Sequence record: MW570842.1
Strand: one strand, 5' to 3'
DNA: 43,407 bases
Source: Mycobacterium phage phiT45-1
Under the pieces are notes generated by a model. That model made no database searches and was not told the DNA's origin. It was given only the letters and a program-made list of their open reading frames with translations. A program made the position numbers and the translations under genes. The stretch's first letter is position 1. The number at the start of each line of letters is the position of its first letter. This document shows positions 28,244-36,154 of this stretch, piece by piece.

Positions 28244-28255
28244 CGCAACGCGTTG
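28244..28255. promoter_or_regulatory. 12-bp perfect palindrome GCAACGCGTTGC in divergent rep/cro intergenic region (candidate operator)
   Basis: Found in the 28223..28299 intergenic region between divergent regulators. The neighbouring region is AT-rich. Confidence 0.4.
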
Positions 28256-28299
28256 CAATATTTTGTTACGCGCTCACCTGCATAAAGCTCACTCGGCCA

Positions 28300-28548
28300 G
28301 TGTGTCACTGCTTGACCTTTTATTCAGTCAATGACCTAATTACATCCATGTCATCCCCCACCCGTGAGCTGATCGAGATCCAGCTCGGCGCGACCAAGCG
28401 GAAGTCATTGACCGGCCTGGTGCGTCAATACCGACAGGCTGGCCACGGCTGGCGCAAGATCGCCGATGTCGTCTCCCGCGAGTCCGGAATCCCGGTGTCG
28501 CACACCACAATTGCTCGCTGGTTCGAGAATGAGGCGGTGGCCTCGTGA
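28300..28548 (+). CDS. Cro-like / excisionase-like HTH DNA-binding protein (82 aa; alternative start about 28348 gives 66 aa)
   Basis: Divergent from the repressor. The C-terminal SGIPVSHTTIARWF is HTH-like. A TTGACC -35-like hexamer lies inside the 5' end, so the later ATG may be a leaderless start. Confidence 0.55.
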   Translation: MCHCLTFYSVNDLITSMSSPTRELIEIQLGATKRKSLTGLVRQYRQAGHGWRKIADVVSRESGIPVSHTTIARWFENEAVAS

Positions 28549-29018
28549 GCACTTTCGCTGACGTGCCCGAGCCCGACGAGACCGAGTTGCAGCGGGCCGC
28601 AGAGCGCGCTCTCGCCCGCAGTTGGCTCTCCCGCCGCTACCCGATCCGCGTCACACCGCTGGCGTACCTATCGGTCGGCCCGCTCTCGCTCCTGCTGGAG
28701 GTACGCGGCCGACAGTGCGAGCCCGAGGTACTCGACCGCCTCGGCGATCTTGGCGAGAACCTGATCTTGCGTACTTCCCTTCGCTTGCCGCGCGGATGCA
28801 ACGGCCGCGTCCGCAAATTGTTTCGGCGTGGGCTGTCCCACAATGCTTCTCCTTCTGTTGGTACTGCTGACACGGCCAGCGTAGAAGGAGAACGGCCCGG
28901 AGCTGTCGAGGCTGCTCCGGCTCCGGGCCACCCAATCGACGCCGCGTTTGAACTTGCACCCGATGACGCCGCGATAGTCCTAGACGCCGTACGCGGCACC
29001 AAGGGTGGTGCTGAATGA
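28545..29018 (+). CDS. hypothetical protein (157 aa), uncertain
   Basis: GTG overlapping the cro-like stop. The N-terminal about 40 codons show good coding statistics. The remainder overlaps an antisense candidate gene that has a strong SD. Confidence 0.3.
   Translation: MSTFADVPEPDETELQRAAERALARSWLSRRYPIRVTPLAYLSVGPLSLLLEVRGRQCEPEVLDRLGDLGENLILRTSLRLPRGCNGRVRKLFRRGLSHNASPSVGTADTASVEGERPGAVEAAPAPGHPIDAAFELAPDDAAIVLDAVRGTKGGAE
28668..28841 (-). CDS. small Ala-rich hypothetical protein (57 aa), antisense to 28545..29018
   Basis: GTG start preceded at 5 nt by AGAAGGAGAA, the same strong SD used by the capsid and major tail genes. Helical-looking sequence. Confidence 0.35.
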   Translation of the reverse strand: MGQPTPKQFADAAVASARQAKGSTQDQVLAKIAEAVEYLGLALSAAYLQQERERADR

Positions 29019-29071
29019 GCGCCCTTACCAACCCGGCCGACGAGGCGCGGGTGCGGGTGGCCAGGAGCCGG

Positions 29072-29335
29072 TTAGCGCTCGCGCAAGGACACGCCCGCCT
29101 CCAGAATGCGCGTCTCCAGGTTGACCAGGCGTGCCTCAAGCTCGATGATCTCCGCACGCCGCGTAACGACCTCGGACGAAAGGTTGACGACGGCCAAAGC
29201 CAGGTCGAACAACACGGCGTCGGTGTCGTAGGTGCCGTCGCTGCACTCGCCCAGAGTCTCGGTCAATCCGCTAATCAGCTCATCAACCACAGACCCAGCC
29301 GATGCGTCGATAGCCAAGATGTCGCGCAGTGCCAT
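29072..29335 (-). CDS. hypothetical protein (87 aa), antisense to track ORF 29015..29488
   Basis: Internal ATG of track ORF 29072..29566 (-), preceded by AAGGAGA 5 nt upstream. Plausible helical protein. Coding statistics are better than for the + strand ORF. Confidence 0.4.
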   Translation of the reverse strand: MALRDILAIDASAGSVVDELISGLTETLGECSDGTYDTDAVLFDLALAVVNLSSEVVTRRAEIIELEARLVNLETRILEAGVSLRER

Positions 29336-29484
29336 CACAGTCTCCTTACGTTGCACGGGCTGGTTACCCGTTATGTGACCGGCGCGCACCTTACGGCGCG
29401 GCGGTGGTTGCAGCGTAAGGCGTGGGTCCGACGCGCCGCGCTTAGTGCGCGGCCGTCGGACGCCACTGCCGAGGGTGGTGCCGA

Positions 29485-30258
29485 ATGAGCGCCGATCTGG
29501 TCGCTGCGTCCCCGTTCGATGCGATCCGGCGTCTGACGGACGCTGGCCGTGAGTATTGGTCGGCACGCGATCTCATGCCGCTGCTCGGATATGACTCCTG
29601 GCGCCGGTTCGCCGATGCGGTCGGCCGCGCCAAGATCGCAGCCCGCAACAGCGGACACGAGGTGACCAGGCTTTTTGCCAGCGCCGTCAAAAAGTCGGAG
29701 GGCCGCGACGCCGAGGACTACCACCTATCCCGATACGCCTGCTACCTGGTGGCCCTCAACGGAGACCCACGCAAGCCCGAGATCGCGGCCGCGCAGACTT
29801 ATTTCGTCATCAAGACGCGCGAGGCCGAGGTCGTCCAGCACCAGATCCCCCAGACGTACGCCGCAGCCCTCCGGGCCGCCGCTGACCAGACCGAGCGCGC
29901 GGAGCTGGCCGAGGCCAAGGTCGCCGAGCTGGAGCCCAAGGCCGAAGTCGCCGACCGGCTGCTCGATGCCGACGGCGACCTGTCGGTACGCGACGCGGCT
30001 CAAGCGCTGACTCGCGCCGGGATCAAGGTCGGCGCCACCCGCCTGTTCGCCGAGCTGGAGCGCCGTCGGTGGATCAAACGAGGCGGTGAGGACGGGCGCT
30101 GGCGCGTGCTGCAATCCGCCATCGAGACCGGCTACATGTCGGTGCTCCCCCAGTCGCACTACCACCCCAAGACCGGCGTGCTGGTGCTCGATCCCCCGCA
30201 ACCTCGCGTCACCCCGAAGGGGATTCAACGGCTACTGGCCGATTACGACAAGAGCTGA
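29485..30258 (+). CDS. antirepressor, Bro-N / KilA-C domain protein (257 aa)
   Basis: N-terminal YWSARDLMPLLGY..W..F..A...AK (Bro-N/KilA-N-like) and C-terminal DLSVRDAAQAL..GIKVG..LF..L (KilA-C-like). Confidence 0.7.
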   Translation: MSADLVAASPFDAIRRLTDAGREYWSARDLMPLLGYDSWRRFADAVGRAKIAARNSGHEVTRLFASAVKKSEGRDAEDYHLSRYACYLVALNGDPRKPEIAAAQTYFVIKTREAEVVQHQIPQTYAAALRAAADQTERAELAEAKVAELEPKAEVADRLLDADGDLSVRDAAQALTRAGIKVGATRLFAELERRRWIKRGGEDGRWRVLQSAIETGYMSVLPQSHYHPKTGVLVLDPPQPRVTPKGIQRLLADYDKS

Positions 30259-30364
30259 AACCCGTTTCACCACAACTGAATAGGAAAACCCCGACGGCGG
30301 GCACTCTCGCCAAAGAACCACCCACCGTCGGGGCCACTTCAACCAGCCTACAAGGAGGCCGGTC

Positions 30365-30415
30365 ATGTCCCACCGTATCTACACCCCTGCGCAGAGTGTC
30401 GGGGGTACCCCGTGA
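30365..30415 (+). CDS. 16-codon leader ORF (MSHRIYTPAQSVGGTP) translationally coupled to 30412 gene
   Basis: Strong SD CAAGGAGG 6 nt upstream. Its stop overlaps the downstream GTG (GTGA). A 9-bp-stem hairpin lies upstream. Confidence 0.3.
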   Translation: MSHRIYTPAQSVGGTP

Positions 30416-30705
30416 GGATCAACGTCTACAGCCAAGAGCTGCTACTCAGCGAAGACGACGATTCGCTCGATGAGCCCACTGTTGAGCTTGTCGAGCAGGT
30501 CGCGGGCACTGGAATCACCTACAGCGCAGCGCGTTTGTTCCTCCACAGTTCACACCGGCTGCACCATCCACCGGAGGACGACGACCGTAGCGCTATCACT
30601 TTCTGGCTGCCCAAGTCTGCGGACCGCCGAGAACGCCTCGCGCTGCAATTCGAGGCGCTGGCAGAGATCACCCGCAACTCACGACCCGAGTCGGGGTTGG
30701 ACTGA
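30412..30705 (+). CDS. hypothetical protein (97 aa)
   Basis: GTG start. Acidic N-terminus. Confidence 0.45.
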   Translation: MRINVYSQELLLSEDDDSLDEPTVELVEQVAGTGITYSAARLFLHSSHRLHHPPEDDDRSAITFWLPKSADRRERLALQFEALAEITRNSRPESGLD

Positions 30706-31037
30706 TGACCATCGGACACGTCTCGCACCAGACCGAGCACGCAAGCCTGGTCCTATCCCTCGGCGCGCTCAAGTCCGTTCGCCTCGGCAGCGGTATCGAC
30801 CGGGTGCTCGAAATCCATTTCGACGGCGGCACGCTGCTGACCCTCGCCCCGGAAGTGCTCGACGACATCATGCGCGAACGGGTACAGCAGGTCGTCGCGC
30901 AGATGGACCGCGCGGGCGTCGGAGGCCCCACGGGAACGCTCATCGACGGCGCCGCCCGCCTCGGCGGGGTGCTCGGGTGCGAGCCGTGGCGAGATCCGTG
31001 GTCGGAGCAGGGCAACCGATCGGGGGTAGCGCGATGA
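30705..31037 (+). CDS. hypothetical protein (110 aa)
   Basis: ATGA overlap with the upstream gene. Confidence 0.45.
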   Translation: MTIGHVSHQTEHASLVLSLGALKSVRLGSGIDRVLEIHFDGGTLLTLAPEVLDDIMRERVQQVVAQMDRAGVGGPTGTLIDGAARLGGVLGCEPWRDPWSEQGNRSGVAR

Positions 31038-31324
31038 CAAATATCGTTATGCGCCATGCCTTTTGGACGGTCGCACTGCTGGCGTTCGTCTACGCCATCG
31101 TCGCTCTGTTCGATCAGCGCTACGCCCAATTCGCCGTCGTCATGGCTCTATTCGGTGTCGCGCTCGGCATTGATCTGTGGGTGAACCGGCGCGGCTGGTA
31201 CCGCGACCGGGCAGCGGTCCTGCTGTTCATCGCCGCTCTCACCATCGGTGTTGCCGCCCTGTTCTCCGTACCCGCCGCGTACGCCGCCCCAACCACCTTC
31301 TCTCAGAACGGACTACACGAATGA
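31034..31324 (+). CDS. membrane protein, 3 predicted TM helices (96 aa)
   Basis: Internal ATG of track ORF 30470..31324 overlapping the upstream stop. The sequence is strongly hydrophobic. Confidence 0.5.
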   Translation: MTNIVMRHAFWTVALLAFVYAIVALFDQRYAQFAVVMALFGVALGIDLWVNRRGWYRDRAAVLLFIAALTIGVAALFSVPAAYAAPTTFSQNGLHE

Positions 31325-31668
31325 ATCTGCCCGAGGCCAAGATTGCGCCCGAATCAATTCCCGCCCTGACCGACCCCTACGGCGACATCAGGGGTATCAA
31401 CAACGCCGCGATCATCATCGGTCTACAGAGCAAGCACGTCTATGCCGGGACCGTCCCCGAGGCGGTGGTACGCCAGCGGCGGGCCAAGAACCGCGCGGCG
31501 CGGCGCGCTCGGCGGGGGAACATCTCGGCCTTGCGCCGACAGGCCCGGCTCAACCGGAAGGTGCGCCGTCCTAGCCGCCGAATGCCATACGACATGGGCC
31601 ACTTGATTGGTACGGCGCCGGGTGCCCCATGGCTGATCCACGAGCCGGAAGCTGGTGCGGCCGAATGA
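31321..31668 (+). CDS. hypothetical protein with Arg-rich basic region (115 aa)
   Basis: ATGA overlap. RRAKNRAARRARRG basic stretch. Confidence 0.45.
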   Translation: MNLPEAKIAPESIPALTDPYGDIRGINNAAIIIGLQSKHVYAGTVPEAVVRQRRAKNRAARRARRGNISALRRQARLNRKVRRPSRRMPYDMGHLIGTAPGAPWLIHEPEAGAAE

Positions 31669-31820
31669 ACCCCATCTACGAGCCCTACGCCAACCTCGCT
31701 GAGTTCCACGAGTCCATCAGCTACGGCAAGCACTCCAGCGGGCGTGTCTACTGCGGCCCATCCACTCCCGGCTACACCCCACGGCACCGCGCCGAGGACA
31801 ACGCCAAGGTAGGTGCGTAA
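31665..31820 (+). CDS. hypothetical small protein (51 aa)
   Basis: Internal ATG of ORF 31629..31820 that overlaps the upstream stop. Confidence 0.3.
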   Translation: MNPIYEPYANLAEFHESISYGKHSSGRVYCGPSTPGYTPRHRAEDNAKVGA

Positions 31821-32116
31821 TGCCAGAGCCAACACGGGCATTGCTCGAAATGGTCGCCGAGATGGCGGACAAGCTCCAAGACATCACAGCCCAGATCGAA
31901 CCGGCATCGCCGACCTACCACTCGGGGCGCGCTTGGAGTCCGGAAGGACTGCGCGGATACGTGACCAGGTGGACCGCTGTGCTCGATGAGCGAGACGCCC
32001 TCAAGCGGGCGCTCACCGAGACATTGTGGGAGCTGCCCGCCGGTGCAACTCCTGATTATGCCGCCGCCGCGATCCTGCATCACTTTGACGTTAAGCCAAA
32101 GGGAGGCAAGCCATGA
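31820..32116 (+). CDS. hypothetical protein (98 aa)
   Basis: Overlapping start/stop chain. Confidence 0.45.
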   Translation: MPEPTRALLEMVAEMADKLQDITAQIEPASPTYHSGRAWSPEGLRGYVTRWTAVLDERDALKRALTETLWELPAGATPDYAAAAILHHFDVKPKGGKP

Positions 32117-32304
32117 CGCTCGCGTGGACTGAGAAGGTGGACGAGCTGCGTTCACTTGGATACCAAGACTGGGAGATCGCCAAGAAGCTCGGGAACTCGC
32201 CCGCAACGTTTCAGCGTATGGCCTTGCGGCACAACAAGGGTGTTGACGACCTCATGAACACCCTTGCGCGCGAAGAGAAGCTGTCGCGGGGGTGGGTCTC
32301 GTGA
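32113..32304 (+). CDS. small HTH-like protein (63 aa)
   Basis: WEIAKKLGNSPATFQRM resembles an HTH. Confidence 0.4.
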   Translation: MTLAWTEKVDELRSLGYQDWEIAKKLGNSPATFQRMALRHNKGVDDLMNTLAREEKLSRGWVS

Positions 32305-32540
32305 AGACGCATCCGGAAGGCGTGGGCGATTGCCCTGCCGTGTTCCCCATCCCGAGCGAATCCGGCCATGACTACCTGTGCACCCGCGACGAGGGACACG
32401 ACGGAAGTCACATGGCGAGCACCAGCGTTGAAGTGGTGGCGGTCTGGGATAGCGAGTTGGCGTGGTGCACGCATCGCAACCAGGGCGAGTTGTGGTTCCG
32501 CCGCGAGGGCCGCGCGCTTTGGTTCGAGGTGCCCCAGTGA
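32301..32540 (+). CDS. hypothetical protein (about 79 aa)
   Basis: GTG at 32301 overlapping the upstream stop, within track ORF 32292..32540. Confidence 0.4.
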   Translation: MKTHPEGVGDCPAVFPIPSESGHDYLCTRDEGHDGSHMASTSVEVVAVWDSELAWCTHRNQGELWFRREGRALWFEVPQ

Positions 32541-33424
32541 GCGAGCAGATTCCCGCCGAAGATGGCATGTACAGCGGCATTTCCGATGAGGTGTATCACG
32601 GCGACCGCACCAGCTTGTCGTCGTCCGGAGCCCGCGCGCTGCTGGCGCCGTCGTGCCCCGAGATCTTCCGCTACGAGCAGTTGCAGCCCCCGGCACCCAA
32701 ACCTCAGTACGACTTTGGTCACGTGGCCCACAAGTTCGTACTCGGCGAGGGCAGCGAGATCGCAGAGCTGGACCCGGCCATTCACGGACTGAATAAGGAT
32801 GGCTCCCCCTCCAAGGCGCCCACATCCACGGCGATGTGGCAGGAGGCCGCCGAGGCGGCACGCCAGCGCGGCCAGATCCCGATGCACATCGCCGAGGTAG
32901 CCAAGGCCAAGGCGATGGCGGCCAAGGTCCGCGAGCACCCGCTGGCCGCCGCGCTGCTGGCCGATGGGACACCGGAACTCTCCGGGTACTGGCACGACCC
33001 TGAGACCGGCGTACGGCTGCGATTCCGGCCCGACTGGCTGCCCAACCCTGGCCGTGGCCGCCTGATCGTCGTGGACTACAAGACGGCCACCAGCGCCCAC
33101 CCTGGCCACTTCGCCCGCGCCGCTGCGGACTACGGATACCACCAGCAAGTCCCCTGGTATCTCGACGGCCTGGCCGCCTGCGACATCGCCGACGATGCCG
33201 CGTTCGTGTTCATCGTCCAGTCCAAGACGCCGCCGTTCCCGGTCTCGGTCATCGAGCTCAAGCCCGACGACATCGAGCTCGGCCGGCGCCGCAACCGCAA
33301 GGCCATCGAACTGTACGCCGCCTGCGCTGCCCACGATCACTGGCCCGATTACGGCCAGGGCGTGCATTCCGTATCGCTACCGAGTTACGCCGTCTACCAG
33401 CAAGAAGGAGATCTAGAACAGTGA
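32537..33424 (+). CDS. RecE-like / PD-(D/E)XK exonuclease (about 296 aa)
   Basis: GTG within track ORF 32462..33424. VVDYKTATSAHPGHFARAAADYGYHQQVPWYLDGL matches the D...(D/E)xK plus QxxxY core of phage YqaJ/RecE-type exonucleases. It lies upstream of RecT. Confidence 0.65.
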   Translation: MSEQIPAEDGMYSGISDEVYHGDRTSLSSSGARALLAPSCPEIFRYEQLQPPAPKPQYDFGHVAHKFVLGEGSEIAELDPAIHGLNKDGSPSKAPTSTAMWQEAAEAARQRGQIPMHIAEVAKAKAMAAKVREHPLAAALLADGTPELSGYWHDPETGVRLRFRPDWLPNPGRGRLIVVDYKTATSAHPGHFARAAADYGYHQQVPWYLDGLAACDIADDAAFVFIVQSKTPPFPVSVIELKPDDIELGRRRNRKAIELYAACAAHDHWPDYGQGVHSVSLPSYAVYQQEGDLEQ

Positions 33425-34593
33425 CCGTCGCCCAATACCAGCCCGTCGCGCCAGCACCACGCACCGCGATCAGCCAGGCCACCTCCGTTGAGCAGTCCCG
33501 CGCCGTCGCCGAGGTCCAATCCGCCGTCATCGTGGCCCAGCAGATCCCCCGCGACATGCGGCGCGCCGAGGCCGAGATGCGCGACGCATGCGGCCGCATG
33601 ACCATGGCCGAGCAGGCCTTCTACCAGGTCAAGAATCGTGGAACCGGACCGTCTGTTCACCTGATGCGCGAGCTGGCCCGCGTGTGGGGCAACGTCCAGT
33701 ACGGCGTCAACGAGCTGCACCGCGACGACAACCGTGCTGAATCCGAGGTCCTTGCTTGGGCCTGGGATGTCCAGACCAATACCCGCGCCACCCGCACATT
33801 CATCGTCCCGCACGCCCGCATGAAGCAAGGGCGCCGTCAGGAATTGACCGACCTCGGCGACATCACGAACAACAACAACAATGCGGGCGCTCGCGCTGTC
33901 CGAGAGTGCATTTCAGCCATCTTGCCCAAGTGGTTCACCGAGGAAGCGCAGAACATCTGCAAGAACACCATCGAAAACGGCGAAGGTGTCCCGCTGCCTA
34001 AGCGCGTCGAGATCATGCTCGGCAAGTTCCGCGAAATCGGCATCACCGAGGCGCAGCTGGAGACCAAGATCGGCAAGAAGCGCGGCGCATGGGACGCGGG
34101 CGATGTCGCGCAGATGGGTATCACGTACACGTCGATCACCCGCGACGGCATGGACAAGGCCGAAGCGTTCCCGGTCACATCGTCACTGACCGAAGAGATA
34201 ACCGCCGCCTCCAAGCCCGCAACAGCGCCGACCGCCCCCGAGACTGCCAAGGCGCAGGCCTCCACCACCAACGAGGCCAGCGAGTCCATCGAGGCGGCCG
34301 AGCCCGAACCGGCACCGGCTCCCGCGCCGGACGGCGGTGCCGACAGCCCGCCCGACGCCGACCCCAGCGAGGTCAACTCTCAAGGCGAGTTCCTGGCCAG
34401 CAAGAAGGATCTCGGCACCATCCGGGGCCTGCTGGCCAACGCCAAGTACTCGTTGCGCACGCCAGAAGGGACCGCCAAGACGCTCACCTATCTCGCGTCC
34501 GTCATCAACAGGGACATCACCGCATTCGATGACCTCTCCGAGCGTGATGCCGAGGCGGTGATCGATGACTTGAAATCCCTCCAGCAGCAGTGA
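33421..34593 (+). CDS. recT: RecT-family single-strand annealing recombinase (390 aa)
   Basis: GTG overlapping the exonuclease stop. N-terminal RecT-like core. Long acidic/Pro-rich C-terminal extension. Confidence 0.65.
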   Translation: MTVAQYQPVAPAPRTAISQATSVEQSRAVAEVQSAVIVAQQIPRDMRRAEAEMRDACGRMTMAEQAFYQVKNRGTGPSVHLMRELARVWGNVQYGVNELHRDDNRAESEVLAWAWDVQTNTRATRTFIVPHARMKQGRRQELTDLGDITNNNNNAGARAVRECISAILPKWFTEEAQNICKNTIENGEGVPLPKRVEIMLGKFREIGITEAQLETKIGKKRGAWDAGDVAQMGITYTSITRDGMDKAEAFPVTSSLTEEITAASKPATAPTAPETAKAQASTTNEASESIEAAEPEPAPAPAPDGGADSPPDADPSEVNSQGEFLASKKDLGTIRGLLANAKYSLRTPEGTAKTLTYLASVINRDITAFDDLSERDAEAVIDDLKSLQQQ

Positions 34594-34619
34594 TCCAACC
34601 CCATTAGGAAAGGAAACCC

Positions 34620-34961
34620 ATGTCCGACAACGAAACTGAGAAGGCCGAAGAGGGCACCGAGCTTGCCCCTGGCGACATCACCGAGTTCATCGTCGTGCTG
34701 ACGCAGCTCGACAAGGGCCGCACCCAAACCGCCGCGACCAAGGCGCTGCACGAATGTGTCGCGGCGGCAATGGCAACCGGCAAGAAGGGCGGTTGCGTCA
34801 CGCTCAAGATCAAGGTCGAGCCCCGCGAGTCCGGGGCGGTGTGCCTTGTCCCCGATGTCGTCAGCGCCCCCGCCAAGGACCCTGCCGGAACGATCTTCTT
34901 CGCCGACGGCGAGGGGGGTCTGTCCCGCGACAACGCCGCAATGTACTACGGCACCAAGTGA
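34620..34961 (+). CDS. hypothetical protein (113 aa)
   Basis: AGGAAAGGAAA SD 5 nt upstream. Confidence 0.5.
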   Translation: MSDNETEKAEEGTELAPGDITEFIVVLTQLDKGRTQTAATKALHECVAAAMATGKKGGCVTLKIKVEPRESGAVCLVPDVVSAPAKDPAGTIFFADGEGGLSRDNAAMYYGTK

Positions 34962-34982
34962 CCAAGAAAGGGAATACAACCT

Positions 34983-35825
34983 ATGTCCGAGAATGTAATT
35001 GACTATCCCTCCGAACGTATCGAACTCATCGAGCCCGCCGATACCAGCACCAATGGCCCGGTCTACCTGGTCACCGCCAATGGCCGCAACGGGCTCGAAA
35101 CCCGCGTCATCGACGTACGCGACGATGCCCCCAAGGCATTCCCGCCGCGCGACGCCGCCACCCGCGTAGTCACCGACACGGCCTCATTCCTGGCCGAGGT
35201 CGCCCGCCGCCCCCTCATCGAGGGTCGATCCACGGTGTGGGGAAATCGCAAGTACGGGGCCGTCACCGTGATCTATGACGAGTTGTACGCAGATGCCAAC
35301 GCCGAGTACACCCGTCGGGACGACGCACTCGTGCTGCAATTCGTGCCGGACCCCGATTGGGCGACTCTGTTCAAGGCCGCTGACGGCAGGTTTCACAGCC
35401 AGTTGGAATTCGGCGACCTCATCGAATCGGCCGGCCACCTGATCACGAGCCACCCGGCAGCCGAGATCGTCGAAATCGTGGACAGCGTGCGGGCATCGAG
35501 CAAGGGATCGTTCGAGTCGAGCATCAAGCGCGCCACCGGCAGCGTGAACCTGACCTACAGCGAAGAGGTCTCGGCCAAGGCGGGCACCGCGACGCGGCAA
35601 CTGGAGGTACCGCGCGAGATCACGCTGTCGGCAAGGCCATTCGAGGACTACCCCGTTATCGAGATCCGGTGCTGGCTACGACTGGAGGTCTCCCAGGGTC
35701 ACCTCGGCCTCGCGCTCGTCCCGCAACCATACGAGCACCTGGTGCGCGACGCGTGGACGCAGGTAACCAGCGAGCTCGCCGAAGACCTCGGCGTCCCGGT
35801 CTACGCCTCCAACCTCGGCAAGTAG
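34983..35825 (+). CDS. DUF2303 (YfdQ-like) family protein (280 aa), tentative
   Basis: About 280 aa directly downstream of RecET, as is common for this family. AAAGGGAA SD. The family call needs an HMM check. Confidence 0.45.
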   Translation: MSENVIDYPSERIELIEPADTSTNGPVYLVTANGRNGLETRVIDVRDDAPKAFPPRDAATRVVTDTASFLAEVARRPLIEGRSTVWGNRKYGAVTVIYDELYADANAEYTRRDDALVLQFVPDPDWATLFKAADGRFHSQLEFGDLIESAGHLITSHPAAEIVEIVDSVRASSKGSFESSIKRATGSVNLTYSEEVSAKAGTATRQLEVPREITLSARPFEDYPVIEIRCWLRLEVSQGHLGLALVPQPYEHLVRDAWTQVTSELAEDLGVPVYASNLGK

Positions 35826-35832
35826 GCCCTCC

Positions 35833-36009
35833 GTGAGTGCCCCGGTGATCACTGATCGGGCAGACCCCCGATACACCGGGGCGCTCACCCGCCGCTGCCG
35901 CATCTGTGGCGCCAAGGCGGACAACGACTGCCGCAACACGCTCAACCCCGACCAACCACTGCCAGGCCGCCTGGTGCACATCGAGCGCATGGAAGACGAG
36001 GACCAATGA
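35833..36009 (+). CDS. small Cys-containing hypothetical protein (58 aa)
   Basis: GTG start, high third-position GC, CRICG..DNDC motif. Absent from the track because it is under 60 aa. Confidence 0.25.
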   Translation: MSAPVITDRADPRYTGALTRRCRICGAKADNDCRNTLNPDQPLPGRLVHIERMEDEDQ

Positions 36010-36154
36010 TGGACGACGACTACCCACTCGGTGAATACCTCGATGTCATGCCCTGCCGTCACGCGCCCCGAACTCGTTACTGGTCAGCAAGTTTCGTGCT
36101 ACTGGGAACGAGCTGGGGTACATACTCGCCCATGCCACCTCGTGAGGTGGCCGC

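Noticed and set aside
29015-29488. + strand ORF (157 aa, MSALTNPADEARV...) between the two 23-bp repeats
   Set aside because: The R/Q/L-rich composition is typical of an antisense frame, and third-position GC is poorer than for the embedded - strand gene 29072..29335. It is kept only as an alternative hypothesis because it shares the antirepressor's start context.
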